A stretch of DNA of 55,873 bases, filler included, from Platydemus manokwari (Eukaryota), in the NCBI GenBank assembly GCA_037951405.1. It is 5 parts of 5 records of this genome, joined end to end, with 100 filler letters (N's around TTAATTAATTAA, not from the genome) between each part and the next. Parts side by side here need not be neighbours in the genome. Positions count along the whole stretch, not along the records: positions 31,194 to 46,084 come from JBBMOY011376980.1; positions 46,185 to 55,873 come from JBBMOY011217655.1; 3 more parts are not named here. One strand, given 5' to 3'. Below, piece after piece: positions 39,157-50,020 of the stretch (position 1 is the first letter of the stretch; every line of letters begins with the position of its first letter). Under the pieces are notes generated by a model, which worked only from the letters and a program-made list of their open reading frames with translations, ran no database searches and had not been told where the DNA came from. The position numbers were made by a program, and so were the translations under genes.

Positions 39157-39860
39157 ATGGGGATTGAAAAATTATATCAAAATATTTATAAATTTAAACA
39201 TAATATTAAGAAAGAAGATTTATATATTATTAATCAATCATCAACAACGGCCACTAATTTAAATAAATCAACAGAATTTAAATAAATCTCAACAAACTTC
39301 TAATCCTGTGGATATTTGCAAAATATTTTTAAGATACAATATTGAAATTGAATTTAAAAAACAAAGGAAAATAATGTACAGGTTGATCAAAATATTACTT
39401 TAGAAAATAACTTCTTTCCAAATTTATTTAACTCTATGAGATTAACATTTGGAACTCATGAAATTAAAAATTTTGAAAGTGTCGGAGAAGTATCTAGTTT
39501 ATTGAATTTTGTATTAACAGACAAAACAGATGAAGAAACTGGGGAATTGATAGGTTGGTTATCAGATGAAACGAAAGAAGATCCAGATAAGGATAATAAA
39601 GGTTTTCAAAGAAGAAAAGCTTTTTATAATAAAAAATTAACATTTACAGGAATATTTCCCTTAAAAATATATTTGGATTTTTGGAAAGTTATAATAGAGT
39701 ACTATTTCTTAAGATGATTAAATTAACTTTAAATAGAAATATTAATGACAAGAAAATTTTTTATAGAACAAAGGGTGAAGGAAAATTAACTATTAAATCT
39801 TTAGAATATTGTATGCCAGAATTGGTTTTAAATTCAGAGAATGAATTAAGTTTATTGTTT
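39157..39860 (+). pseudogene. Polinton major capsid protein (double jelly roll), N-terminal half only
   Basis: ITLENNFFPNLFNSMRLTFGTHEI..GEVSSLL..IGW..GFQRRK..FPLK/IFGFLESYNRV..LTLNRN..KLTIKSLEYCMPELVL follows the Polinton MCP pattern (LF..I.Y..NG.EI..GW..PL..FGF.E.Y.K..L.L.R..W.MP.V). Confidence 0.78.
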
Positions 39861-39939
39861 TATTTAATTCTGTTTATAATATTAATGATAATAATAATAA
39901 ATTATTATACAATGACAAAGAATATTTTATTTCACCGGA

Positions 39940-40462
39940 TGCTATAAAAATTCCAGATATAAATGAAAGTTTACGTAACCTTCTTGGTGAGTACTAAATT
40001 GAAAATGTTATTCAAAAAGATAAAAATAGTGCTAACGCTAATGCTACAATATATAATGTTTCTATAGAACCTGATAAAGTAACACTTAAATGTAAATTAA
40101 TCACAAAAGAAAATTTAAAATTTATTACTTTGGGTTCTGTTTTAAGATTTGAAAATAATAAAGTATACACTCCTGGAAACCATTTGTCAGAAAATAAAAT
40201 AAACATCACTGATCTTGTATTAATAAATGTTGAATGTTCAATTGTAAATGGAAGCTATGTAAATAACAATCTAGCTAAGGAAAACATCAATGCCGAAAAT
40301 ACAAATGTTATTTATAGTTTTCCAGCTAAAAGTATTCCACCTGGTTATTTATATATAAAAGAAGTAAATCAAGTAATCTATTTTCCAATATCTACTAAAT
40401 TCATTTCTGATATTACCTTTAAAATGACAGATCAAAATGGTAATTTAATTGATTTTAATTAA
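39940..40462 (+). pseudogene. Polinton minor capsid protein (penton)
   Basis: PGNHLSENKINITDLVLINVECSIVNGSY..IYSFPAKSIPPGY..IYFPI..ITFKMTDQNGNLIDFN, the characteristic penton C-terminus. Confidence 0.82.
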
Positions 40463-40528
40463 GAAAAAAATATCATTTCACCTTCGGTCTAGTTTCAAAT
40501 TTAGTCCTAAAAAATTATCGAGATTCTT

Positions 40529-40954
40529 TTGTTATTTTTTCTAGCTAAATATGGAATTAATAAAACAACCAATTTTGATACAAAGGATATTGCTGATGAT
40601 TTAAATTTAGATGTAAAGATCATTATGAGAGATGAATTAAAGAATGTTACTGACATGGCAAAGCCAATATATATCATTATGAATTTAGAAACTACAAAAG
40701 ACAAGAGTTCTCATTGGGTTTCAATAAGTAAACGTCATAACATTTATTTCGATCCTTATGTAATTTTACCAACTAAAGAGGTTTATAATTTCTTTAATAA
40801 AGACAAACTAACCTATAATAAAATTCAAATACAAACTGTAGGAGAATTATGTGGACAATTATCTATGTATGTTTTATATTGTTTAGATAAAGGATTAAAA
40901 TTTGATTACATTATTAATAATATGCGGAATGAACTTCAACAAATTTTACACTAA
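40529..40954 (+). CDS. Adenain-like cysteine maturation protease of the Polinton
   Basis: MRDEL..IMNLE..SSHWV..YFDPY..IQ..LCG: His-Asp-Gln-Cys catalytic order. Start codon uncertain. Confidence 0.88.
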   Translation: MLFFLAKYGINKTTNFDTKDIADDLNLDVKIIMRDELKNVTDMAKPIYIIMNLETTKDKSSHWVSISKRHNIYFDPYVILPTKEVYNFFNKDKLTYNKIQIQTVGELCGQLSMYVLYCLDKGLKFDYIINNMRNELQQILH

Positions 40955-41069
40955 AAAAATATCTGCAAGAATGTCTAACCTGGTTAATAAGTTAAGTAAA
41001 TAATATGAAAGATATTCAGTAAATGTTTAATGCTAAGTTTATAACTAAATAACGAATTTACGATAGAAA

Positions 41070-42132
41070 ATATATTAATGAGGAGGGTGATAGTATGAAG
41101 GGTAATTTAGAGTTAAACAATTATAGAATAACAAACTTGGGTGATCCTGAAAATGAAACAGATGCTGTTAATAAGAAATATCTTGAAAAAATTAGGGATG
41201 AATTAAGGTATGAAATTGAAAAAATTAAAAATAATTTTGAGAAAGAAATTTTTGAAACTAATAAAAACTTGAGGATTTCTACTTATATATTAAGTGCAAT
41301 GACTTAATGAAAGAAAACAGAAAAAGTATTGATAAACTTGATTCTTTATGTAAATCGTTAATTACATTCTTAAATGATATTAAAAAAATAAATGAAAAAG
41401 AAAAAAAATTAATCTCGGAAAAGTTTGAAATTTATAGAAGGAAAAACAGAAGCAGAATTTATCGAGATAATGAAGGTAAAATTAAATATTCTGACCGGGG
41501 GAGAATTAGAAAAAATACTAATGATATAAAAAAATTAAAAGAAACTATTAATGATCTAAGAAAACCAATTAATGCTAATATTTTTAACGAGGGAAGAAAA
41601 AATATTTTGTCTGTTCAAAGTTGGAGGTGGATAATATTAGTTATGCTTTAAATGAAAATCTGTTTTCTGTAAAAAGAATTACATTGGGGTTTTTGGTAAT
41701 TTTATTTATGAATCATATTTTCCTAAAGAGTATGTGGGATATAAATTAGAGAGCTTTAGTGTTGTATTCCCTGTTCAATATGTGGAAGGAAAAGGAAGTT
41801 GGATTGGAAGTGCAGATGAAACTGTATTCTTGGATAATAATCATGGAACAGAGTATGTATGTGTTAATAAATGTTCTTTTTCTTATTTGAGAAAAAAATG
41901 GGATTTAATGACTACAAAACCTAGATTATAAATTTATGAATTTAATAAAATAAATTATTGTATTTACTTAAATGGTAAATTATTTAAAGAATTTGATAAA
42001 CCATATGAAATAAATTTATTTATTGGTAATATTTTTCCTAATAAACCATTAAAGAGTAATCTCTTGGAATTTATAGAGATTGGAGATTTTTTATATGATG
42101 GTACAAAAAATGAAATCAAGAATTTATCCTGA
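41070..42132 (+). pseudogene. Probable fibre/spike gene: stalk repeat, coiled coil and beta-rich (LamG-like) head
   Basis: GDSMKGNLELNNYRITNLGDPENETDAVNKKY, then K/E-rich helical ORFs. ORF 41734 continues in frame past one TAA into CIYLNGKL..NLFIGN..LLEFIEIG..EIKNLS*. Confidence 0.55.
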
Positions 42133-42261
42133 TTTGTTGTATTATTAAATTATCGAATTAAGGTAGTGATTTTACTTTTGAAGAAAAAGTTCCTAGAAAA
42201 TTGCAAAGATGTATGAAGACGAAACTTCAAAAATATTTCTTTTTGTTTTTGTTGTACAATT

Positions 42262-42716
42262 ATGAACGGAAATTCCTTTAACAAAGTTCCTTTAAATTTT
42301 TTTTACAAAAATGATGGTATCTCAGAACTTTATCCTAAACTTGATGAATTTAAATCTGCATCAGCTCCAAGTGACTTAGGTTATGAAATCGATCGAGTAA
42401 AAAACAATATTAATTAACTTAGGATTAGAATTACATGAATGAGAAAAGAGTTTTAGAAGAATTACTATTCCTCTATAATAAATTAAAAGATAAACGGACA
42501 AAAGTAGATAGTACTTTGAAATATAACAATTTTAGGTGTTGGTGGTATGCTAACTATTTCAGCAACTCTTTTACCTACTATTTTAGGAATACGTCTTTTG
42601 TCAACAATTACTTGACATTGTGCTGTAAGAGCTGGATTATTATCAATTATATTGGTTTAACTTGTAAAAAGAAAAAGATTTATATAGAAATATGTGACGC
42701 TATTAATAGAGTATGA
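42262..42716 (+). pseudogene. Polinton membrane-type protein with N-terminal LYPxL/xSAP motifs (broken)
   Basis: ELYPKLDEFKSASAPSD, a helical segment, hydrophobic ITILGVGGMLTISATLLPTILG and AGLLSIILV, then basic KKKK; contains stops and frameshifts. Confidence 0.55.
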
Positions 42717-44681
42717 GATTTTAAAAGCTAAAGATATTATTAAAGATTTGCGTGAGAAAATTTTAAAGATTAAAAATAACAATATTAAATTAGAAAATAA
42801 ATTACAGAAGAAAGTTAAGCGTGATCATAATAAGGAGTTGAAACAGAAATATCACTTCACAATGAATTTATTAAAATTGGCAACAGCATTTCCGAAGATT
42901 GAAAGTTTCATTGAGATATTTAAAAACGAATTTCAAAGTAATTACATTGATATGTAACATAAATATAAGGTTTTGAGGAGATCAATAAAAAACGAAGCAA
43001 CTTTTATGTCTAGAGTTCATATAATAAAGATATTAACAAATATTTTTTATGATTGGCGCTTTTCTAAATTTTCTAAATTCTAAAAATAAAGTTCACCGCA
43101 ATTAATTCCTAAAATAAAAATTTGCAATTATACATTTTTATTAACATGTTGTTTACCATTGAATTTGTTATTAAATTGATTTTTATAACAAATGGTAACT
43201 TTAATCAACTTATTATTAAAAAATTAATCCAAATTTTTTCTTCTTCAACACACTATATTAGATTTTTATTAATCTCAGGAACAAATTAATTGCCTGCATT
43301 TTCTTTTTAATTACTTAATGACATTTCACTCAGAAATGCCTCTCACTCAATCTTCAATTTTAATTGTATATTCTCTACCAAACGTTTTTAATTACAAATT
43401 ATCGTTTCTTTAACATTTTTCATATTTTAATTTAATTTTCTTTAATTTCTCAATTTAATTCTTTAATTAAATCTTTTAAAATGGAATACATCAGGATAAA
43501 ATTCATTGAAAAATTTATTCATGAAATTATTATCAGTAATTACTTGTTGTAATTCGTCTTCTTCAAAACTTAAATCTCTTAATTTCCTACATTTTATACC
43601 TATTCATACTTTAATTCAAACTCTTATTCCTATTTAGATTTGTCATGTTTAGCTTCATTAGATTTTGAAATTTCTTTATTATAAAATTTATGAAACTTCC
43701 ATAATCGATTGGCATACTAAAAATGGCATTTCTATCAAGAAGAATATCGAATTTTATACCATTGATTTATAAGTAAATTATCCAAAGAAAGTATAATAAA
43801 AAATATTTAAAGAACATAATAAATTTGATCAGGGGTTAACTCTTGGAGAAATTTTTGAATTTCATGCAAAAAAGTTTTCTCAAAACCTAATATGACTGTA
43901 ACCATGACGTATAAATTTGATGAAATCATGAATCCTTTTAAAAGTCTTTAATAAATTATGAGTGCTTATTTTTTAAAAAGTATGCCCACAATACCTAATT
44001 GAGTCACATTCGGAGTGAAAACATAATGAAATCTTTATCTCGCCATCCTAAACCACCAACAACACCACTATTTAAACCACAATAATCACACCATTATGGA
44101 GCTCATCTTGTCATACATAATTCTCACTATCATCATCATTATCACGATCATCCCTAATAAACATCAATCACACTGTCATATTACTCATCACCTCATTAAT
44201 TTGTCACATAATCAATTCCAAATTATTGATCTTAGCTTCCAGTTACCGATTTTTACATTATCTTATCAGACTTGATAAACCCTACCTACTAATGACTCAG
44301 TCTTCACTTGCTATTCTCTCTGAGCAATATTTATTATAACTATATCAACCATATGGTTCTCCTCGACGGATAAGATTACGAATTTTCAACAATAAACTGA
44401 ACATATTTGAAAGAAAACGATATTTTCTTAATTATTGAAGTTCCATTCTTATATGAGATCTGTGAGACTCTAATAAAATGTCACTCGAAATCATAATTTA
44501 TAAAGTAATTTAGAAAAAATAAATTCAAAAATTGTTCTTCACCGAATAATATTTAAAATTTTAAAATACAGTTTATGATTGGGAATCAAATAACAATTTC
44601 CAATATATTCTCCACTTGTTTTAATCATTCAATTTATAGATAAAAACATTGGTTTCCGCAATTGAAAATCAATTTCAACCA

Positions 44682-45082
44682 ATGCTTGTTCTCGTTTATT
44701 TATTGATTTCTCTGTACACGTACTCAATCGACGGACTTGACTGTAATTGTGAACTTGAGAAATGTGCAGAACCTGATTGTCCTGTTTCTGATCATGTTAA
44801 GAATATTTGTGGCTGTTGCAATGTCTGCGGTAAACAGGAAGAACAGGAATGTTCCAGCGGTCAGCCTGGGTAAATTTAATTTGAAATTATTATTAGTTAT
44901 AATTACTGATTTGATATAGATGTATAAATGGTCTTCGATGCGAGACTAGCAATGGATGTCGATACAGAAACAGATTGCCATTGTACACACCTGTAACTGG
45001 TAAATGTGTGAAAGAGCTACCAGATGAAGAGAGGACACCTTTAAAATGCTATGTCCCTTTATTTCTGAAAAGTTCACAATGA
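44682..45082 (+). CDS. Secreted single IGFBP-domain protein (SIBD/perlustrin-like), exons 44682-44869 and 44920-45082, 116 aa
   Basis: Signal peptide MLVLVYLLISLYTYSIDG, then LDCNCELEKCAEPDCP..ICGCCNVCGKQEEQEC..GCINGLRC..TGKCV. The 50-nt GT-AG intron keeps the frame. Confidence 0.88.
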
Positions 45083-45330
45083 AAACTTTATAATTATTAA
45101 AGAATGCGTGCCTTCAAATGATTTAAATTGCTAAAAATCAATTTTATAAGAGCAATTTTAATAATGAAGAATATAATTATCATTATTTTATTGATTTTGT
45201 AAATTAATCAATTATATTTTAATATATTAACATCCCGAAATAATCAATCATCATATATAAATGAATAATAAATCATTAATAAATCTGAAAATCAAATATA
45301 ACTTAAATAAACTGAAAATATTCTCATTAA

Positions 45331-45785
45331 TGTTCTCTGGATTAAATCTATCGAGATAGTTTAGGCATTCCCTGGCATTTTTTTTGTTACTCAGCAACTA
45401 ATAATAAATACAGAAATTGATTTAACGAGATATTATTTTAAATTTAATGAAATTTTAAAAAATATTTTATATTTTAATTTGTCGTAATAATAAAAATAAA
45501 AAAAAGTTGTAAAACATCTTCTAACGACACGCATAATACTGGTGTAAGCCATACATGTTACTAATGTATTAACCATTGTGCTGTTTTCAAAATGTTGATC
45601 AATAATCAATGAAATTCAATCGAAATATTTCAAAGCATTGGAAATAAGAAATTATCAATACAAAAAAATTAGATATGATTTAATTAAAATGTTCAGCTAT
45701 GTTCTGTGGCTTAATTCAATCGAGATAGTTTGCCTGGAATTTCTTAATCTTACTCAATAACATATAATAAATTCAGAAATATTAT
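45331..45785 (+). repeat. Diverged ~90-bp direct repeat pair (about 45331-45420 and 45700-45785)
   Basis: TGTTCTCTGGATTAAATCTATCGAGATAGTTT..TTACTCA..ATAATAAATACAGAAAT versus TGTTCTGTGGCTTAATTCAATCGAGATAGTTT..TTACTCA..ATAATAAATTCAGAAAT. Confidence 0.65.
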
Positions 45786-45978
45786 TCAATCTGATTTATG
45801 AATCAATTTCAATAAATTACCTCATTGTTATCCATGGTTTGCAATTTTAAATGAAATCCCAAAATATAAGAATAATGTGGATATAATTGGGTCAGAATAT
45901 ATTTTTATAAGATTTTTGCTTATTTATTATAGAGGATCTTGTATAAGATTAATATACCGATATTATGATATATATATA

Positions 45979-46250
45979 TTAGGCTGAGTCAAAAGTTATT
46001 CATGTTATTTAGTTGTTTAAAGTTTTTGTTTTACCAAATCATTTAAACATAACATAGCTACGCAACATTTGGTACCATTTAAAANNNNNNNNNNNNNNNN
46101 NNNNNNNNNNNNNNNNNNNNNNNNNNNNTTAATTAATTAANNNNNNNNNNNNNNNNNNNNNNNNNNNNNNNNNNNNNNNNNNNNCGTTATAACAATTTGT
46201 GTTAATAAAATACCTGCATAAAAACATGAATAACTTTTGACTCAACCTGG
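45979..46250. mobile_element. Mariner-like element whose interior lies in the assembly gap
   Basis: 28-bp TIRs TTAGGCTGAGTCAAAAGTTATTCATGTT and (reverse complement) CCAGGTTGAGTCAAAAGTTATTCATGTT, 25/28 identical, each flanked by TA. Confidence 0.82.
46085..46184. other. Assembly gap/spacer
   Basis: N run with TTAATTAATTAA linker. Confidence 0.97.
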
Positions 46251-46509
46251 TATATACATTTATTGTTAAATTTTAGAAATTTTAAAATGTTGCATTTAAA
46301 AGTTAATTTTAAAATCCTCGTTTTTAAAAATTTTTCATTTTCTCAACATAAAATATTATCACCTCTTTCCCATTTTCATCAATAGTCATTCGGCCATTTA
46401 GAAAATATATTTTATTATTTCAATCGTTTTTCATTTTATATATTTCCTCAATGTTTCGTTTAATTTCTTCTATCTACTTTGCAATTTGAATGGCAGTGTT
46501 AACTATTTA

Positions 46510-46690
46510 TTTCCTTCCCAAATATAACTTCTGTGAGATAACAGGATTTTGTACTGGAACACAAACAATATGAATTCAATCTCTGGTGATATTGAAACCC
46601 AGTTTGTGTGTTGCCTTTACTGTATTGTCGCATTCAAACAGTCCCTTGTTATGAATTGTTTTCCAATTATTTCATTAGCATACGGACTCG
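46510..46690 (-). mobile_element. Possible piggyBac transposase fragment
   Basis: MRQYSKGNTQTGFQ..CLCSSTKSCYLTEVIFGK resembles RQYxxxKPxKxGxK..LCxSxTxY....YxGK. Confidence 0.3.
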
Positions 46691-48962
46691 AAAATACAAA
46701 GTCGGTTCTAATTTTAAGAGTGGTTTAAGTAAAGTACGTCTTTATTAGATTAATTTTTAAAATAAAAAATTATATTTTTCAAATTGTTTATAATTTCAAA
46801 ATTAATACATCTCCCATACGTACCAGGTTGAAGAAATAATTGAAAATTATAGAGTACCATAACATTGATCTCCCAATTCTGCTTGAAGGTCATATAACAT
46901 TCTTATATTATTTAAAGTCTGATTACATACTATTCGGACACCATTAAAATACCAACACTATCTCGTAGAAAAATTAAATTTTTAGTTTAATATTTGAAAT
47001 ACAATACGAAGATCTCAATATTTGTTAATATTATTATAAGATTAATAAATAATTATTAAAACAGTGGATTATAACGAATAAAACCACTTCAAATAATGTA
47101 TACCACTTTAAGCCGTATAATTTAAACAGTAATCTTAAAATGTTTATTTAATATTGGTTTAGCTATTTTATGAAGAGTCAGAAAAGATTCGCTATAAAAT
47201 ATTTTGAACAATAAGTTATTGGATATATTAAAGAGAAGAATAACGTTATAAAAAAATCCAAAACGTATATATGTGATCAAATCAATTGGTATTTTAAAGT
47301 GGTTTGTAAGTTACGATTAAAAAACACTAATCGTCAAACAATCGAACAAATCGATTACAGATAATATTCTGTTATAGGAATTAATAAACTTAGAAGTGCA
47401 TGAAATACTATTTCACATTTTTTTCTACTATAAATGAATATAATATTAGATCAAGTAGGAAAACGACTAAATTAACGGTAATAATTGAAGACCAAATATA
47501 GTTACTCGTCTTTTGAAATCGGTGCAATTCTAAAAACCATGTAATAACACAACCAATGGAGAATATTGAACAATGGGGGGGTACAAATAAATTTTTTTAA
47601 AAAACTTAAACTAATTTTATGGAATAATTTAATTAAGTTTCAAATTTCCAGGTGATGAAACAATTTGTTAATAAGATGTGTTATGGAATTGTATCGTGTG
47701 TCATATTAATAGTTTTAAATATAACATCGAAATCAAGTACTTGAAGGGCTTTTATGTGTTAATGAAAATTTATAGTAAAAGACTTTTAAAAAAGATTAAA
47801 TACACCATTGACAATTTTTCTGTTTCTTTACCGAGGTTACTATGAATCTAAAAATTGGGTAGCCAACAAAAGGGTTACTAATGCAGGAAATCATAGTATA
47901 ATATTGTGTATTGGTAAGTACACCATATCTATACAGTTTACGACTTAAAATATCAGGTATATTAACCAGTGATATAATAAGCTTGCCATCGTAACTAACA
48001 ACTACACCAAAGGACTCATTTAAAATACAGTTTGGATCAAACTGTATTATTCCTTGTTGGTTCAGCACTTATCCACATTTGGACAATCAAGATCTACTTT
48101 ATTAATCATTAAGCAATATTCGCCAAACGTTATTCAACTATTTGCGCCGATAATTTTTTACTCTCAACCATTGTCAGCAAAGTATAACCAGAGTACCTGT
48201 TAATTTTTTATCACTGATATAACATTCGCAAAATGCTTACTCCTGTATTAATGGTTTTATGTCTCTGGACTGGGTTTTTTATTGTTTTCCATTCTGCGTT
48301 TCTCAATTGGATATTAGTGAGTAGGGATTCTCTGAGCACCACGTCCAAAGCTGCCAAGTTTTGTATTGACTTAAATTGGACGTTTTTTACTTTCACTGTA
48401 TTTAGGTAGTTTATCTTCGTTTAAGCTATCAAACCCCTCCCCCTACAACTAATTTAAAAAGATATTTTTATAATAATAGCACCAACCAACAAAATGGACA
48501 AAACACATGATTTATTTTACAGAGCTGTTACAACATAAAAAGATATTTTCATCCACTTAATATTAAAACTTTATATATGTTGTTTATTAAACGACCGCAT
48601 AAGATATTCACAAAATATTATCAGTTTAGTTGGCATTTAATCAACATCACTACGATAAATCAAGTAAGTAAAGATATGAAAATTGTTAAAAAGTTTAAAG
48701 TATTAGGAATAACCGTTTGCTGAATTGCATTAGTTGATTTCATAGTTTGACTTCTTTATCAACATCTATCGGAAAAATATCTATTGGCGATACTCTAGGC
48801 TTAGTCTGCTATTTATCGAAGTGCGATTCTTTTTTCCCGAAATTGATGAATACCAAGACATAAATTGCGAATCAATAAATGCGATTTTTCTCCCATTCAG
48901 CTTCAATGATGGGGCTTATCAATATTATAACAAGCAACTTGTTTTCTTTGTTCATTAGATAT

Positions 48963-49020
48963 TGTAAGCTGCTACCATTTTATAAAACACGCATTGAAAA
49001 AAGACTAAAAAATCACGACT
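48963..49020. repeat. Diverged fragment related to the TRIM LTR end
   Basis: TGTAAGCTGCTACCATTTTATAAAACACGCATTGAAAA versus TGTAAGCTGCTACTTTTTTTAAAAAACGCATCGAAAA at 27248. Confidence 0.7.
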
Positions 49021-49589
49021 TGAACTTGACTAATATGTCCACTTGTTGGCATGGATCGAACTCATAGTTGTTATGAGATTTGATAAATTAAATACCATAG
49101 CATGTCTTTTTAAATTGATTTTCGAATTGTTAATAAAAGTTGTTATTATTATTATTATTGGGAGTACAGCTATCAATTTCATAAATTTAGTTAAGGGAGG
49201 TGACGGATCAATTGTGTTTATTGAGTGGAATTTTTGAGGCTGATAATCATAAATTTAGTTTTAACAAACCTTTGATTCGATTGAAACGAAATTACACTGT
49301 TAGAAATTTAAATCCAATACAGCCAAGCAGTATTCTAAAATTATATTATTTTATTTATTTGCCTTCTATGTCTTGTATCTATTCATGCAAATTTGTATAA
49401 TGTATAAACGTAATATATTAACTGCAGATCCCATGCTATCCCCTCATCATATATTAGTATTCTTGTTAATTCAAAATTTTATTTTTGATAGTGAGCTGAT
49501 ATTGATATAAAATTACAGTTATCGAACAGCTTGAGATATTCAACAATTGACATGTTGGGATACTTCTGAACAAATGACTTATTACTGAC

Positions 49590-50020
49590 TCAAAGAACTA
49601 GGAGGCTTACTTTGTTTTCAAGTGCGTACTGCTGTGTATGACTTACAAAATAAATACTCTCAACATACTTCTCAAAATATATACAAAACCTTTCTTCCAA
49701 CTGGGAATTGGCTACCTTTACATCAATATTTATATACAAGTTCTGGGTGTAATATTTTGTGTTTTGTTGTATGGCATTTTGACTCGTTCTTTGCTTTTCC
49801 ATTTTCCTATTTGGTTTTTAAGTTTTTGCATGAGTGGGTTTGGTCAACCCTTATGTGTGTTGCTGTGCAGCCATGTCTCTTTTTACAATTGTCGTTTACT
49901 ACCTAGCTCGCTGTAATCAGTTGGTTGTTATGCTTATATGTTTGTGTAGGCACAAATATTCTAAGTGCTTAAACAAGTGTTCCAATGTGTAAATGCGTTT
50001 TTTCTTTTTCAGAATTTCAT
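49590..50020 (-). mobile_element. Possible 3' remnant of an RLE-type non-LTR retrotransposon
   Basis: Ordered but frame-broken TLEHLF..KKRHG..IDVKVAN..EKY, recalling the CCHC/RH/PD-D-KY C-terminus. Confidence 0.3.

Larger units (their letters stand above)
36597..43980. mobile_element. Decayed Polinton/Maverick (adintovirus-like) endogenous element; boundaries approximate
   Basis: Co-located integrase, major capsid, penton, cysteine protease and other Polinton-type ORFs, intronless and densely packed. No intact pPolB or packaging ATPase recognised. Confidence 0.88.

Noticed and set aside
43000-43980. Possible pPolB remnants at the right end of the Polinton
   Set aside because: Only a ZnF-like scrap (EISKSNEAKHDKSK, minus strand) is visible; no exonuclease or polymerase motifs, so it is not called.
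47796-48450. Coding-like minus-strand ORFs with an adjacent purine tract
   Set aside because: Probably TE-derived, but no diagnostic motif could be recognised.
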